Source of the DNA: a virus
Taxonomy: Duplodnaviria; Caudoviricetes
Length of the DNA: 64,000 bases
Direction: 5' to 3' (one strand)
Virus record (IMG/VR): IMGVR_UViG_3300010376_000002
Location: 1 to 64,000 of that record
Shown here piece after piece: positions 1 to 8,562 of the stretch. The notes under the pieces are model-generated. The model had not been told where the DNA came from. It did no database searches and saw only the letters and a list, made by a program, of their open reading frames with translations. The translations under genes were made by a program, and so were the position numbers. Each line of letters starts with the position of its first letter. Position 1 is the first letter of the stretch.

Positions 1-1396
1 TGGACAAGGTGGACAAGGTGGACAATCCGGACAAAACCAGAATCCACTGGGCAGCTACTTACGGAACTTGTTCGGCGGCCAACCCGGCGGAACTGGTGCA
101 TTTGGAACCGTGGGCGACTTTGGCACTTCTGCGGCTTCGGCTGGAGCCGCCGGTTCTTTGGGCTCACTCGATCTCGGAGTAGGTGCACCGTTAGGCGGGA
201 CCGACATCAGCAAAGATCCCGCAGTCGGTCAACCGGTCGGCAGTCCTGACGAGATTTACAATCCCGAAGGCTACTATTATCCCCAACCCGTACAACCAGC
301 ACCACCGCAGTACGCAGGCACCGGCTTTGCGAGTCCTTCGACAACCGAAAGCGGAGTTGTCCCGATTCCGGCCTCGAGAACCGATGCTATCCTCAATCCG
401 GTTGTGGCTCGCTCTGAGTCCGGTGCTCCCTCTCCTACGCAACGCGGATTCGGAGCTCCGCCACAACAGGCACCTGCTAATGTTTACGTTCCGCCTGTAA
501 CTCCGACTCCCGCTGTTACTGCCGTGAAACCCGGTACTCTCACTGCGGAGGATTACGCTCGCCTCGCCAGCGGAGTGGCTGAAACGCCAAGGCAGGCGAT
601 GACGAACTTGAAGCAGCCCGCAGCGAATCAACCAGCCAATGTTTATATTCCCCCTGGAGGCGCCGCCGGCGAGCAACCTACTTTTGCTTATGGTGCTGCG
701 GATCCGAACGCCGTCTACCATCCTTTCGCCGCTGCCGTCGCCCATGCTGCGGCTAGAGGACATCATCTCGATCCGCGAACCGGACTCGATCCGCGCTTCA
801 CCGCGACCGTGCCCCGCGCGCAATACGGACCGGCTCCGCGGGCGCAACTGGTCCAAATGCCGCCCAGCTACGCCGCGACTGGTGCTCAGCAAACCAACGC
901 TCAAAACCCGAGTGGCGGAGGCTTTTTCAACACCGTGGCTAACATTTTCCGAAACGCTCTCGGTGTTGCTTTCACCCATCCAGAAGGTGGCAAAATAATT
1001 CAGCAACCGGCTAAGAAATCTGGAGGTGCTTCGACAACCGGCACCGCACGAACAGGCGGAGTCAATACTGGCGGCTATGATTGGTATCATTCCGGTGGAG
1101 GCATGCTCCAACCGATGGTCGTTGGCGCGCAAACTCAGCATAACGCGGGAGTCGGAGCTCCGCTCGGCGGCACGGATATTTCGAAGAATCCCGAGGTCGG
1201 TCAGATGGCGGGCGTTGAATCTGCACTCGGTGCCGGAAGTGCCGGGAGCGAGCTCGGTGGAATAATTTCGAGCTTTTATAAAAACGTCCCGAATTTCGCG
1301 TTTTCCAACCCGAGCGTCGGTCAAGTCAATCCCGCTTACTTCGTCCCGCCTCAGTTGTCAGGAAACCAAGGAGGCGTGTTGCCCTACACGGTCTAG
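1..1396 (+). CDS. 5'-truncated low-complexity G/Q/P/A-rich protein, putative internal virion (ejection) protein
   Basis: Frame is open from nt 2 (GQGGQGGQSGQNQNPLGSYLRNLFGG...), so the true start lies before the window; it heads a run of similar + strand ORFs. Function is inference. Confidence 0.6.
   Translation, partial: GQGGQGGQSGQNQNPLGSYLRNLFGGQPGGTGAFGTVGDFGTSAASAGAAGSLGSLDLGVGAPLGGTDISKDPAVGQPVGSPDEIYNPEGYYYPQPVQPAPPQYAGTGFASPSTTESGVVPIPASRTDAILNPVVARSESGAPSPTQRGFGAPPQQAPANVYVPPVTPTPAVTAVKPGTLTAEDYARLASGVAETPRQAMTNLKQPAANQPANVYIPPGGAAGEQPTFAYGAADPNAVYHPFAAAVAHAAARGHHLDPRTGLDPRFTATVPRAQYGPAPRAQLVQMPPSYAATGAQQTNAQNPSGGGFFNTVANIFRNALGVAFTHPEGGKIIQQPAKKSGGASTTGTARTGGVNTGGYDWYHSGGGMLQPMVVGAQTQHNAGVGAPLGGTDISKNPEVGQMAGVESALGAGSAGSELGGIISSFYKNVPNFAFSNPSVGQVNPAYFVPPQLSGNQGGVLPYTV
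2..37 (+). repeat. 9-bp tandem repeat GGACAA(GGT/TCC/AAC) x4, coding GQ-G
   Basis: Seen directly: ggacaaggt ggacaaggt ggacaatcc ggacaaaac. Confidence 0.85.
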
Positions 1397-1399
1397 CCT

Positions 1400-2029
1400 A
1401 TGCCTCAATCCCCACTTCCGGCGCCGATGGCGCGAGTCCAAGTGCCGAACCTTATAACGCCAATCGTCGCAGGAACGCCATCGCCTCCGAATTTGCCAGG
1501 ACAGCAATTGCCTGACTACGCCGCACGCGCGAAGGAAGGCGTGGAAGCAGGTCAACAACTGCTCAAGTCGCATAAAATCGCTTCGCAATCGGCCGCGCAG
1601 GCCGCAGCCTTCGATTACCAGAAGCAACTCTACGATCAGTACAAGACCTATTCGAAATGGGTCGATTCCCAACCCTGGAGTCCGGACAAGAAAGCTGCCT
1701 ACATCAGTATTTGGGGCACGCTCCACGGAATGAGCTTTAACACCGAAATGGGCGGCTCGGTCAATCCACAGGCTTATGCTGCACCTTTCATGCAAGCCTA
1801 TCAGCAACGCGTGATCGCCGGCAATGTTCCTCAAGGCACAAACGCAGGTAACGACATTGTCAATGCTTTCAATTTTGGTTTGCCAGGACCAGGGACACCG
1901 CGGAATGCGCCATTGCAAAACAATCAGCAACAGAATCCACCAGTTCAGCAGAATCCGCCGCAACAACAAACTCCGGACAACTCGCAAAGCGGAGTCGTCG
2001 GTTACGGCAATACGGTAATTGGAGATTAG
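1400..2029 (+). CDS. hypothetical P/Q-rich protein, putative internal virion protein
   Basis: 209-aa ORF starting 3 nt after the upstream stop, same composition as its neighbours. Confidence 0.6.
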   Translation: MPQSPLPAPMARVQVPNLITPIVAGTPSPPNLPGQQLPDYAARAKEGVEAGQQLLKSHKIASQSAAQAAAFDYQKQLYDQYKTYSKWVDSQPWSPDKKAAYISIWGTLHGMSFNTEMGGSVNPQAYAAPFMQAYQQRVIAGNVPQGTNAGNDIVNAFNFGLPGPGTPRNAPLQNNQQQNPPVQQNPPQQQTPDNSQSGVVGYGNTVIGD

Positions 2030-2033
2030 CTTT

Positions 2034-3578
2034 ATGCCTGCTGCACCGGCACCTTTTGATTACTCGACTAGCGGTAGCTACGGCATCGAAGGTCCGTCAC
2101 GCGATTGGACTTCAGACCGAATTAGCAAGTTTGACCAGCAATACCAGCAGGATCAAAAAAACTTCGCCCATTATCTTGATCGCGATAGCAAAGGCAATCC
2201 GGTATCAGTGCCGGTTTACGGAGGTCAACGAGGCTATCACGTCCGACTAGCCAACGGCCGTGAAGGATTAATGTGGGGGGTTCCGAACGATCCGTTCCAA
2301 GTCACCTTTCAAGAAACTAACGTGCCGCCGGAACAACAGAAACGGGAGATCATTCCGATTCGGCCGGGCGCCGAGCATTACGCCGAAATGTTGGGCACAG
2401 TCAGGGACACAACTAACCCTCGGACCGGACAACCAATTACCATCCAACCTGGCAGTGTCGGTGATTTGGTCAGTAAGGCTAACAGCCTGGGATTCGCCGA
2501 AAAAAGCGTAAGTCGGCAAAACGAAGCTGCGCAAGTGACGCAGCAATGGCGCAACGCGATGAATCTCGATCACGCGTTCAATACGGTTGAAGAGTTAGTC
2601 AAGAAAATGGGTCCGGAAACAATCAAAGCTCAGCAGGCTTGGGCCGAGAAAGCTTCGTCACTTACCGGTGAAGGTGCTTTAGATCCTAACCATCAAGACT
2701 TTCTTAAATTGCTGAAAGCTCTCTCGGTCGTCAGTCAGTATGGCGGTTCGGCCGGAGCAGGGCTAGATCAACCTACCGTGGCGGGAGCAATTGGTACTAC
2801 AGTCAGTGGTTTAGGCGGAGGATTCTTCCCTAAATGGCAAGGACTAGCAGACGGTCTTAAGCTAATCAAATCCGGTGATCTCAACGTTTACGACGTTGCT
2901 GCCAATGTGCATGGCGCACGTCTATTAAATCTCCAGAATGCCGTCAACGAGGTGGGTCAGCGAAGTCACGATTATACGCTCCCGCTTTCGGAGCAGACTC
3001 TGCAACAGGCGGCTAAACAAGGGGCAAAGTTGGAATCTGGCTTGCTCGGACCAAAGGATGCACTGAAAAGCGGTGATGACTCGCAAGATCCAAATCGGCC
3101 GAGCATCTTCGATTACGAAGTAGCCCAGCACCAAGAGGCTGGACTTGCGCGAATGTTTCCAGGGACATCTCCAACAAATCAACCCACAAAGGCGACTGTT
3201 TCGCAGCCTGAATTCCAAGCATTACCTCCAGAGCAACGAGCACTGACGATGCCGAATCAAAGTGCTTGGCAATACCTGAACAATCCTGCCAATGCCCCAA
3301 TGGCGAAAGCAGCACCGGAGGCAACTCCTGCATCTCCGGCCGTGACCGTGCCAGCACTTGCTCAAGGTGGCATCGTGACGCGACCGACTCTCGCTCTGAT
3401 TGGCGAAGCTGGACCGGAGAAAGTCACGCCGATGACGGCTCCGATGGCGCAAACGCAATCACCGGCAATGCAGATCGCTCAAAACATGCCGACGCTCTCA
3501 GCTCAAGAACACGTCAATGCATTACCGGCCGGTTCACCGTTTCGATGGAACGACGGGCTGACCTACGTAAAGGTTTAA
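2034..3578 (+). CDS. putative internal virion protein carrying a tape-measure-type LAxGGIVTxPTLAxIGEAGPE motif
   Basis: Motif VPALAQGGIVTRPTLALIGEAGPEKVTP at ~3348-3434; ATG at 2034 preferred over the TTG at 2019. Confidence 0.65.
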   Translation: MPAAPAPFDYSTSGSYGIEGPSRDWTSDRISKFDQQYQQDQKNFAHYLDRDSKGNPVSVPVYGGQRGYHVRLANGREGLMWGVPNDPFQVTFQETNVPPEQQKREIIPIRPGAEHYAEMLGTVRDTTNPRTGQPITIQPGSVGDLVSKANSLGFAEKSVSRQNEAAQVTQQWRNAMNLDHAFNTVEELVKKMGPETIKAQQAWAEKASSLTGEGALDPNHQDFLKLLKALSVVSQYGGSAGAGLDQPTVAGAIGTTVSGLGGGFFPKWQGLADGLKLIKSGDLNVYDVAANVHGARLLNLQNAVNEVGQRSHDYTLPLSEQTLQQAAKQGAKLESGLLGPKDALKSGDDSQDPNRPSIFDYEVAQHQEAGLARMFPGTSPTNQPTKATVSQPEFQALPPEQRALTMPNQSAWQYLNNPANAPMAKAAPEATPASPAVTVPALAQGGIVTRPTLALIGEAGPEKVTPMTAPMAQTQSPAMQIAQNMPTLSAQEHVNALPAGSPFRWNDGLTYVKV

Positions 3579-4021
3579 CGCTTCCTAAAGACTTCTTCTT
3601 GAGTCTGTTGAGTAGGAGGCTGATAACGCGGCTGAAGCGCGCCCAAAAGACATGCGCCAAGTATCCAGATCACGGGAATCAGAAGGATAATCGCGGTGAT
3701 TTTCAAATCGAAGAAAAACATTCGGCGTTGCCAATCGAAAAGCTCGTATCCGAGTCCTTTAAATCTGTTCCCTGAATCTCTCATGTATTGCCGCTGGTCA
3801 ATGTCGGCTTGAGATAAACCGTAGCGTGGCGTTTCAACCCGCTCGAGCGTGAGTACCTCCGACTCCTTGAATCTCGCACGCAATCCCATTACTTCGATCA
3901 CTAACTTGTCCGGATCAGCATCCGGTAAACATTTGAGCACAGCTGCGGCTTCCGCCCGCGGAACACGTAACGTCGAAACGAGTATTTCTTCTGCGAGCGC
4001 ATGATTAACTGTCCAAGGCAT
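3575..4021 (-). CDS. hypothetical membrane protein (one C-terminal TM helix)
   Basis: ATG at 4021 lies 5 nt downstream of a -10 box; hydrophobic stretch ITAIILLIPVIWILGACLLGAL. Confidence 0.6.
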   Translation of the reverse strand: MPWTVNHALAEEILVSTLRVPRAEAAAVLKCLPDADPDKLVIEVMGLRARFKESEVLTLERVETPRYGLSQADIDQRQYMRDSGNRFKGLGYELFDWQRRMFFFDLKITAIILLIPVIWILGACLLGALQPRYQPPTQQTQEEVFRKR

Positions 4022-4026
4022 AGCTA

Positions 4027-4055
4027 ACACTAGCTCACTAAAGGAAATAATGCAA
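4027..4055 (-). promoter_or_regulatory. sigma70-type promoter TTGCAT-N17-TAGTGT, leaderless
   Basis: Reverse complement reads cTTGCATtatttcctttagtgagcTAGTGTtagctATG. Confidence 0.6.
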
Positions 4056-4104
4056 GCTATTAGCTTTGTGCTAAACTTGGAGTGAATCACCAATTCAAGA
4101 ATCC

Positions 4105-4362
4105 ATGAAACAGAACGAACAACAATTGCGCGACGAGCAGCCTCCTTTTACGGTGGTGGTGCAGAGCGGCGAGCGGGTGAAAGTCCGCAGCTATGATCAT
4201 ATTGATTTTCCTCCACTGGAAGACGAAGACGGCAACGATTTAACCGACAGCCAGCGAGCCGACTTTTTCAAAGTCTGGGGTAACGGACTCAAATACCGAT
4301 GGGTAGCGTTCGGCGCAATCACAACCATAGAGGGTAGTGCGCCCAAAAACGAGGTGGCATAA
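4105..4362 (+). CDS. small hypothetical protein (PFTVVVQSGERVKV motif)
   Basis: 85-aa ORF; resembles small PFxxxxxxGxxxxV proteins that I associate with PVC-superphylum genomes (recollection, unverified). Confidence 0.6.
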   Translation: MKQNEQQLRDEQPPFTVVVQSGERVKVRSYDHIDFPPLEDEDGNDLTDSQRADFFKVWGNGLKYRWVAFGAITTIEGSAPKNEVA

Positions 4363-4366
4363 CGGC

Positions 4367-5209
4367 TTAAGCCGGAGGCGCCTTGCCAAAGACTTGCGTT
4401 CGCGGAGCAGTCGGATTGACGTGCGCTCGGAAAAGCCGGCCGCGGTGCGCGCCTTCTCCCATCCAACGGAAAAGCGTTCCTGGCGCTAACTTCGCGTATT
4501 CCTCGAGCGTTGATATCTCCGGAACCGTACCTGCGGCCTGCGGCGGCCGAGGTGCTGATGGCGGGGGTGGCGCTGCGGTCGGAGCACTTGGTGCTTGCGT
4601 CATCGGTGCCGGTTGTGGCGTGAAAGCGCGCAGCATATTGAATGGCACCTTGGGCTTTTGCGCCAGTTGCACGCCTTCCGGACCCGGGACTCTAGGAACC
4701 GGCGTTTGCACCGGTGTTCCTTCCGGACCGACCGTCGTAACTGTGCCTTGCGGTTCTGGTGCGCTCGGTGCCGGCGGACGCTCCGCCTTGCGTGTAGGAG
4801 TAAAAGCTCGCAGCATGCTCGGTTTCTTCGCGATCGGCGCCGGCGGTGGTGCGGTTCCCGAGGCTGCGCCCCATGTTGCATACGGCGTAGCGCTCGGAGG
4901 CGTCTGACTCGGACGCATTGTGCCAGTCATCACGGGCGCTACAGCTGCGGTTGCTGCGCTTTGCGTCGCGCTAGGCGCGTTTAAAGGTACTGCTCCTTGT
5001 GGGGCGCCAGGTGCCGGAGCCACGCGCGCATTTTGGCGTCTACGCGCGGCGAGCGCTTGACCCAAAATCTGGCCTGAGTCATGACCCTGGATTGCTCCGA
5101 TAAGCTTTTGCGCTTCCTCTGTGGGTGTACCCATCATAACGAGTGCATCATGAGCATCTTTATGTGCGCTCGAGGGAAACACCGGCAGATCTTTGGTCTT
5201 CCTCGCCAT
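4367..5209 (-). CDS. protein with RuvA-C-terminal-like helical N-terminus, Pro/Ala linker and short C-terminal domain
   Basis: Start overlaps the upstream stop (TAATG at 5207-5211); DAHDALVMMGTPTEEAQKLIGAI...QILGQALA fits the RuvA_C pattern; MLRAFTP occurs twice. Confidence 0.6.
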   Translation of the reverse strand: MARKTKDLPVFPSSAHKDAHDALVMMGTPTEEAQKLIGAIQGHDSGQILGQALAARRRQNARVAPAPGAPQGAVPLNAPSATQSAATAAVAPVMTGTMRPSQTPPSATPYATWGAASGTAPPPAPIAKKPSMLRAFTPTRKAERPPAPSAPEPQGTVTTVGPEGTPVQTPVPRVPGPEGVQLAQKPKVPFNMLRAFTPQPAPMTQAPSAPTAAPPPPSAPRPPQAAGTVPEISTLEEYAKLAPGTLFRWMGEGAHRGRLFRAHVNPTAPRTQVFGKAPPA

Positions 5210-5886
5210 TAGGCTGCTGGAATCAATAGTAGCGCTTTTTCCCGCTGTTGCTCGAGATGTTTGACGCAACGCAAATGCGGTTCTTCGGCTTCTTGCTCCT
5301 GGGCGAGCTTAAGCAGAATCGGATAACCGCTCTCGATCGAGGCCAAAACCTCTTCGCGTGAAGCAGCCCGTCCCTGTGCATACCAACCCAGGTGATGCGG
5401 TTCACCGCTGAGCCGGAACAGCCAACCATTGGCCACTTTCTCTAGGTGATAGTTTTTCGTCGTACACGTCCACAGGAGCGCTACCCCAGGATTGCGCGCA
5501 ATCATGTTGCCTGGCACCGCGGCTTGCATTTCTTGGGGCGGCCGGTCCTTTTGCCGGCGCGCGTAATCCGGATTGATCATGAAAGGGCAAACTTTTACTG
5601 CGTATTCCATGCATTCACGGTGACCGGGCGGATCTCCCGCTAACCTGTTGAGCGCGCACATCGGCCCGATGCCAAACGTCCGATACGTCCCAAGCTTGCC
5701 GCCGCAACACCAACACAAATCTTTGTTCACGCATGTCACCCACGCGTCTTTGCCTGCCATCCGAAATTCGTACTCGCCCTCCGGAGTTCGGTATTCCTTG
5801 TCTACGAAAAATGGGACGGGCAAACCCCATTTCTCACTGAACGGTAGAGAGAGCATGCGCTCCGGAATCGGAATGTCAGGTTTCAT
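5209..5886 (-). CDS. conserved phage Cys/His-rich (Zn-binding) hypothetical protein
   Basis: GLPVPFF, CWCCG, GPMC, PPGHRECMEYAVKVCPF motifs typical of a widespread phage family. Confidence 0.7.
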   Translation of the reverse strand: MKPDIPIPERMLSLPFSEKWGLPVPFFVDKEYRTPEGEYEFRMAGKDAWVTCVNKDLCWCCGGKLGTYRTFGIGPMCALNRLAGDPPGHRECMEYAVKVCPFMINPDYARRQKDRPPQEMQAAVPGNMIARNPGVALLWTCTTKNYHLEKVANGWLFRLSGEPHHLGWYAQGRAASREEVLASIESGYPILLKLAQEQEAEEPHLRCVKHLEQQREKALLLIPAA

Positions 5887-6178
5887 CGTAAGCAGCTAAA
5901 GCCGAGAGCAAAACTCTGTAAAGCTTGCGCTCCGCAGTCAGGTCGGTGCCTTGAGTGGTTGCTTCTAAATGATCGACCAATTTGCGAATGGATTCGACGA
6001 TATCGTCGGCAGTTACGGCGAGCGCTCCGGTTGTTGTCGTCTTAACGGTTTCGGAGCGCTCACCGTCCGATGAAGTTCGATTTAACCTGTCCTCTTTGAG
6101 CACCATTCGCCCGAGCTTGGTATCAAAAACGTAGACCTTGCCGCGGGGCGAATACTGCCGGCCAATTGGGGTTCGCAT
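5876..6178 (-). CDS. hypothetical protein
   Basis: ORF overlapping the next gene in the same minus-strand run. Confidence 0.5.
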   Translation of the reverse strand: MRTPIGRQYSPRGKVYVFDTKLGRMVLKEDRLNRTSSDGERSETVKTTTTGALAVTADDIVESIRKLVDHLEATTQGTDLTAERKLYRVLLSALAAYDET

Positions 6179-6225
6179 AAAGCATTCTCTTGCCAAGGCT
6201 GCCGAACCCTGTCAATCCGTCAAGA

Positions 6226-6468
6226 ATGAAAACCGAGCTGTCCTTTGGCCGCCTTTTGCTTGCTTACAAGGAGGAACTCGGCTGCACGCGAGAAGAAATG
6301 GGTTTTATCCTAGGGGTCAGCGCACGCACATTTGATCGTTGGGCGCATGAGGAAACACGTCCGGAATGGGCGTTGGCAGAAGAAGGGGCAATAACCAGGC
6401 TCCAGGCGATTGTTGATCGAAGAAAACCAACTGAAGTGATTATGCCTAAAACCAAGTGGGCTGAGTAA
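6226..6468 (+). CDS. XRE/Cro-type helix-turn-helix protein
   Basis: LLLAYKEELGCTREEMGFILGVSARTFDRWAHEETRP matches the HTH_3 pattern. Confidence 0.75.
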   Translation: MKTELSFGRLLLAYKEELGCTREEMGFILGVSARTFDRWAHEETRPEWALAEEGAITRLQAIVDRRKPTEVIMPKTKWAE

Positions 6469-6471
6469 ATC

Positions 6472-6660
6472 CTACTTCTCTCGTTTCACTACTATGGCGC
6501 CGTGCATGAGCTGCGAGCGGCCGCCTTTGGAATTGGCCGCTTTGTTCTCCAGAGTACGCAGGATGAAACTGTGATCGATGTACAGACGGACGCGAACAAC
6601 CTTGCCGTCTTCGCGTAAGACTTGCCCCCAGCAAATAGGTTTAGGTTCAGGTTTTCTCAT
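6472..6660 (-). CDS. small hypothetical protein (MRKPEPKPICWG...)
   Basis: ATG at 6660 overlaps the TGA of an upstream 46-aa ORF (ATGA overlap). Confidence 0.55.
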   Translation of the reverse strand: MRKPEPKPICWGQVLREDGKVVRVRLYIDHSFILRTLENKAANSKGGRSQLMHGAIVVKREK

Positions 6661-6797
6661 AAGCCGATATCGTCGAGGTAGCTGTAGTAAAGAGGAGCTT
6701 GTTGGGGAGAGACGGCGCGCAGCCAGCGCACCGTCCACATTTGGACCTGATAGCGTTCTACCAAGTCCCGATAGTTATAGGTGAGAATCCACTTCAT
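6657..6797 (-). CDS. 46-aa ORF not in the track (MKWILTYNYRDLVERYQVQMWTVRWLRAVSPQQAPLYYSYLDDIGL)
   Basis: Translated by hand; follows a promoter repeat and is coupled to the next gene by an ATGA overlap. Confidence 0.5.
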   Translation of the reverse strand: MKWILTYNYRDLVERYQVQMWTVRWLRAVSPQQAPLYYSYLDDIGL

Positions 6798-6806
6798 AAG
6801 AAGAGA

Positions 6807-6835
6807 AGATTCGCTCACCAAAGGAAATAATGCAA
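6807..6835 (-). promoter_or_regulatory. promoter TTGCAT-N17-GAATCT (second copy of the 4033-4056 element)
   Basis: 24-bp near-identical repeat of 4033-4056 with 1 mismatch. Confidence 0.5.
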
Positions 6836-6870
6836 GACAAATCTTAGGGGAAAGAAACTAAAGATTTTTC

Positions 6871-6899
6871 TTGAAGTATATTCTTGGCAGCCCTATCCT
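6871..6899 (+). promoter_or_regulatory. promoter TTGAAG-N17-TATCCT driving the rightward small-ORF cluster
   Basis: 17-nt spacing; ATG 8 nt after the -10 box; divergent from the 6807-6835 promoter. Confidence 0.5.
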
Positions 6900-6907
6900 G
6901 CTCGTAG

Positions 6908-7144
6908 ATGAACATCTCTCCTGATCATTACGCCGATTGGCTCGAATCCGAGTTGACTGGTTTCTACGACCGCGAAAACGGTCGGACTGACGAAGATCCG
7001 CAAAGCTTTACCGGTGAGGACGGTGACGAACCGGACCTCACTTGTCCGCTTTGCGGCGGTGCCGAAGCAGCCTGGAGTGGCATCCTAGGCAACACCTTTC
7101 ACTGGTGCTGCCGCGCTTGCGGATTCACCCAATACCAAGATTAA
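6908..7144 (+). CDS. small Zn-ribbon protein
   Basis: CPLCGG...CCRACG. Confidence 0.65.
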   Translation: MNISPDHYADWLESELTGFYDRENGRTDEDPQSFTGEDGDEPDLTCPLCGGAEAAWSGILGNTFHWCCRACGFTQYQD

Positions 7145-7148
7145 CCTT

Positions 7149-7577
7149 ATGCCCAACCAAACTTCTTCTCATCACTACGAAGTCTACGCCGGCCGCGAAA
7201 TCGCGCTCTGGAAAGAGCACGTCGCGCCGGAGAAACCCGTCTCCAAAACCGGCAAACCGCTTCAAGGCGGGATCGAGCGCTACATCTGGATCGGCTACGT
7301 TGGGGATACCTGTGTCGCCCACGAATGCGGTTGGCAGGGCGGCACGAAGCATGAGGCACTTAATCAGTGCCGGGACTTTGCTCACAGACTACAGAGAACG
7401 GCCAAGCAAGCCGTCGCGGTAACGGAAGCTTTGGCTTTCTCAGACGAAACGGAATGGTTCCCCATTCCGGAGTTCGTCGCCGACCTACACGATTTAACTC
7501 TCAGCACTGACGAAGTGCTTAAACGCTATCTGGCCGCACGTCGGCAGGTAGGAATTGAGATCGGAGCAGAAGTCTAG
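7149..7577 (+). CDS. hypothetical (early-gene-like) protein
   Basis: Tightly packed + strand ORF. Confidence 0.6.
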   Translation: MPNQTSSHHYEVYAGREIALWKEHVAPEKPVSKTGKPLQGGIERYIWIGYVGDTCVAHECGWQGGTKHEALNQCRDFAHRLQRTAKQAVAVTEALAFSDETEWFPIPEFVADLHDLTLSTDEVLKRYLAARRQVGIEIGAEV

Positions 7578-7590
7578 AAAGGAGAATCAA

Positions 7591-7797
7591 ATGGAAGCAC
7601 TCGAAAAATTTATCCAAAGCCTGAAGCAGCAACGGGAGTTCGCCGCGAAGTACGACTCGCAGTACTGCCAGGGTTACCATCAAGGTCTTCAGCATGCCGT
7701 AGAACTCGGTGAGGTCTACCTCAAGGCTGAGCAAGACAAAACTGCGCTACAGGCCACTGTGGATCGCCTAGAGGCGCAGCTAGAGAAAGTGGGTTAA
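7591..7797 (+). CDS. small coiled-coil hypothetical protein
   Basis: GGAG 6 nt upstream of ATG 7591 (MEALEKF...). Confidence 0.65.
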   Translation: MEALEKFIQSLKQQREFAAKYDSQYCQGYHQGLQHAVELGEVYLKAEQDKTALQATVDRLEAQLEKVG

Positions 7798-7847
7798 CAG
7801 GGATCCGCTCCCTCGGAACTGAGACAACTGGGGGAGCGGGATTCTGT
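7798..7847 (+). terminator. GC-rich hairpin after gene end (possible terminator)
   Basis: ccgctccc (7807-7814) pairs with gggagcgg; no clean U-tract. Confidence 0.35.
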
Positions 7848-7873
7848 GAACCAAACAACCCTCACAGAGCACA

Positions 7874-8314
7874 ATGATGAACAACCCATTTGAACACGAA
7901 TACACCGTTTGCTGGCGCCGAAAAGGCGACCGAGTTGATTACCAACCGAACACCGCTAACGCCGTCACTCGATGGCTCGGCCGAGATCCGCAAGCTAGCC
8001 GCAGGCTACCGTGCGGTTGCGTCGGCACTTGCGACAGTCGTGCCCATGACACTGCGTGGAATTGGGACGGGACGCCGGACGGGAATTACGACCATCTGTT
8101 GGGCCACTTTGCAATCGTGCCGAGCGATAAAGACGGTCCGATTCCCGGTCCGGTTTTCGGACTCGGTGAGACACGTGACGATGCTTGGAGTGCCTATCAC
8201 TTCTGGCGCCGTGAACGCAATATGCCCGAACTACCGACAACATGCGTGCGTGTCACTCCCGAATCCTACGCTTTGGTAGAAGCAGGAGACGTCTACGCTT
8301 GGGAGGAAGAATGA
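7874..8314 (+). CDS. hypothetical protein
   Basis: 146-aa ORF with ATGA overlap into the next gene. Confidence 0.6.
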   Translation: MMNNPFEHEYTVCWRRKGDRVDYQPNTANAVTRWLGRDPQASRRLPCGCVGTCDSRAHDTAWNWDGTPDGNYDHLLGHFAIVPSDKDGPIPGPVFGLGETRDDAWSAYHFWRRERNMPELPTTCVRVTPESYALVEAGDVYAWEEE

Positions 8315-8562
8315 GTAGACCCGATTGGCCCGATAGTGACCCGGCCGATATGGCACCCGAGAACGCACGCAACGTGCCGCAATCTGCTTTTCGGATCGTA
8401 GCCGAACCGGAGTTTCACTCCAGCTATCCCGGTTGCCCTCTGGTCTACCATTGGGTCGATTGCGAAACCGGCGAAGCCCATTACCAGAAAAACGGCTTGC
8501 CGTGGCAATTTCGTTCGGCCGCTCTTCGAGACGCGATGCAATACGATTGGCCTGAAGAATGA
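8311..8562 (+). CDS. hypothetical protein (MSRPDWPDSD...)
   Basis: ATGA overlaps at both ends, GGAGG upstream. Confidence 0.6.
   Translation: MSRPDWPDSDPADMAPENARNVPQSAFRIVAEPEFHSSYPGCPLVYHWVDCETGEAHYQKNGLPWQFRSAALRDAMQYDWPEE

Noticed and set aside
191-1324. Long antisense and alternative-frame ORFs in the track (e.g. 191-1324, 1358-1987, 13518-14636, 51511-52098)
   Set aside because: They shadow well-supported genes on the other strand or frame, as expected in GC-rich coding DNA.
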